Source: Octopus vulgaris
Taxonomy: Eukaryota
Assembly: GCA_951406725.2 (NCBI GenBank)
Contig: OX597819.1
Span: 74,710,001-74,774,000, forward strand
Length of the DNA: 64,000 nucleotides
Direction of reading: 5' to 3'
Part shown: positions 63,131 through 64,000 of the stretch, piece by piece
How positions within the stretch are numbered: the stretch's first letter is position 1
Layout: every line of letters begins with the position of its first letter
Program-made: the position numbers and the translations under genes
The notes under the pieces: model-generated
What the model saw: only the letters and a program-made list of their open reading frames with translations
Databases searched by the model: none
Told to the model about the DNA's origin: nothing

Positions 63131-63330
63131 TGACACTCCGTCTGTTACGATGACGACGGTCCCACTTGATCCGATCAACGGAACAGCCTGCTCATAAAAA
63201 TCAACGCGCAAGTGGCTGAGTACTCCATAGATATGTGTACCCTTAACGTAGTCCTCGGGGAGATTCAGCGTGACACAGAATGTGACAAAGCTGACCCTTT
63301 GAATTACAGGTATAACTCATTTTTTGCCAA
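63131..63330 (-). mobile_element. SINE C, 3' part
   Basis: CACTCCGTCTGTTACGATGACG..TTGATCCGATCAACGGAACAGCCTGCTC..GAATTACAGGTATAACTCATTTTTTGCC. Confidence 0.85.
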
Positions 63331-64000
63331 AGGTTTGCTAGTCCACACCCATCAGAAACGGATTATAGTTTTAGGATACAGAAAAAGAAAGAAAAAAAGA
63401 ACGAGACAAATGAAAAAAGCGCCCACCCTCATACTGTAAAATATCAGCAGTGATAAAGGGAGAGAGACATGATGGATAAAAAGTTATAAAAATAATTTAT
63501 CAAACAAACCTAACCCAGTTATCGATCGGGGATTGAAATGACTCGATCTAACATTCCCTCCTTTTTTACCTCTCATCGCGAAGAAAAGAAGCTCAAGTAG
63601 AATATCTTTGTGTTCTAAGACACAGTAATCCCTAAAGATCCCTTCAGATTTTCGCAACGTTAACATTCACTACTCAGGTGTGTAGACATGTTTAAACATA
63701 TACACCAAATATATACAATAGCCAACACGGATGTAATCAGCCCACACACACATACACACACACATTCGTTATCATCCCATATGCATCAGTATTTTCCACG
63801 AACTATACACACGTACTCAATCAAGATATGCACACACACACATTGAACATTACATATATATATATACTAAAATTGCATACACACCGAACTCATCAATACT
63901 ATACACCCTGTATTTACAATCCACCATCTATATTCTACATCATTTACACTCAGCAGTGTGTCTAATTTCATAGAGAATTTACTCAACACCTGAACATTAA

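Noticed and set aside
1-64000. Hundreds of short ORFs rich in YI, CV, HT, LSIY and RE repeats
   Set aside because: They are translations of (TA)n, (TG)n, (CA)n, (GATA)n and (GA)n microsatellites or of SINE bodies, not genes.

Overview
Repeat-saturated, AT-rich eukaryotic DNA (intron or intergenic), most consistent with an octopus/coleoid cephalopod genome judging from the tRNA-derived SINE families (my recognition, not a database result). No host protein-coding gene is securely identifiable; almost all ORFs in the track are translated microsatellites or SINE pieces. The window holds dozens of copies of three major tRNA-headed SINE families (A, B, C here), dense (TA)n/(CA)n/(GA)n/(GATA)n microsatellites and TA-derived minisatellites. 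It also holds fragments of CR1-type, RTE-type and probable Tx1/L1-type LINEs, an internally deleted mariner inserted at TA inside a SINE, a decayed LTR-like remnant, two Helentron/DINE-like elements, and several MITEs with readable TSDs (TTAA, TA, 6, 8 and 9 bp). The most interesting signal is a set of short non-coding elements lodged in or next to (TA)n tracts. They carry minimal hammerhead-ribozyme-like cores (CTGANGA..stem II..GAAAC-palindrome-GTH), several arranged as long fold-back palindromes, which suggests non-autonomous Penelope-like/retrozyme-type elements targeting TA microsatellites. One candidate 183-nt symmetric exon (38549-38731) is noted with low confidence. All coordinates were read by eye, and SINE boundaries are approximate.
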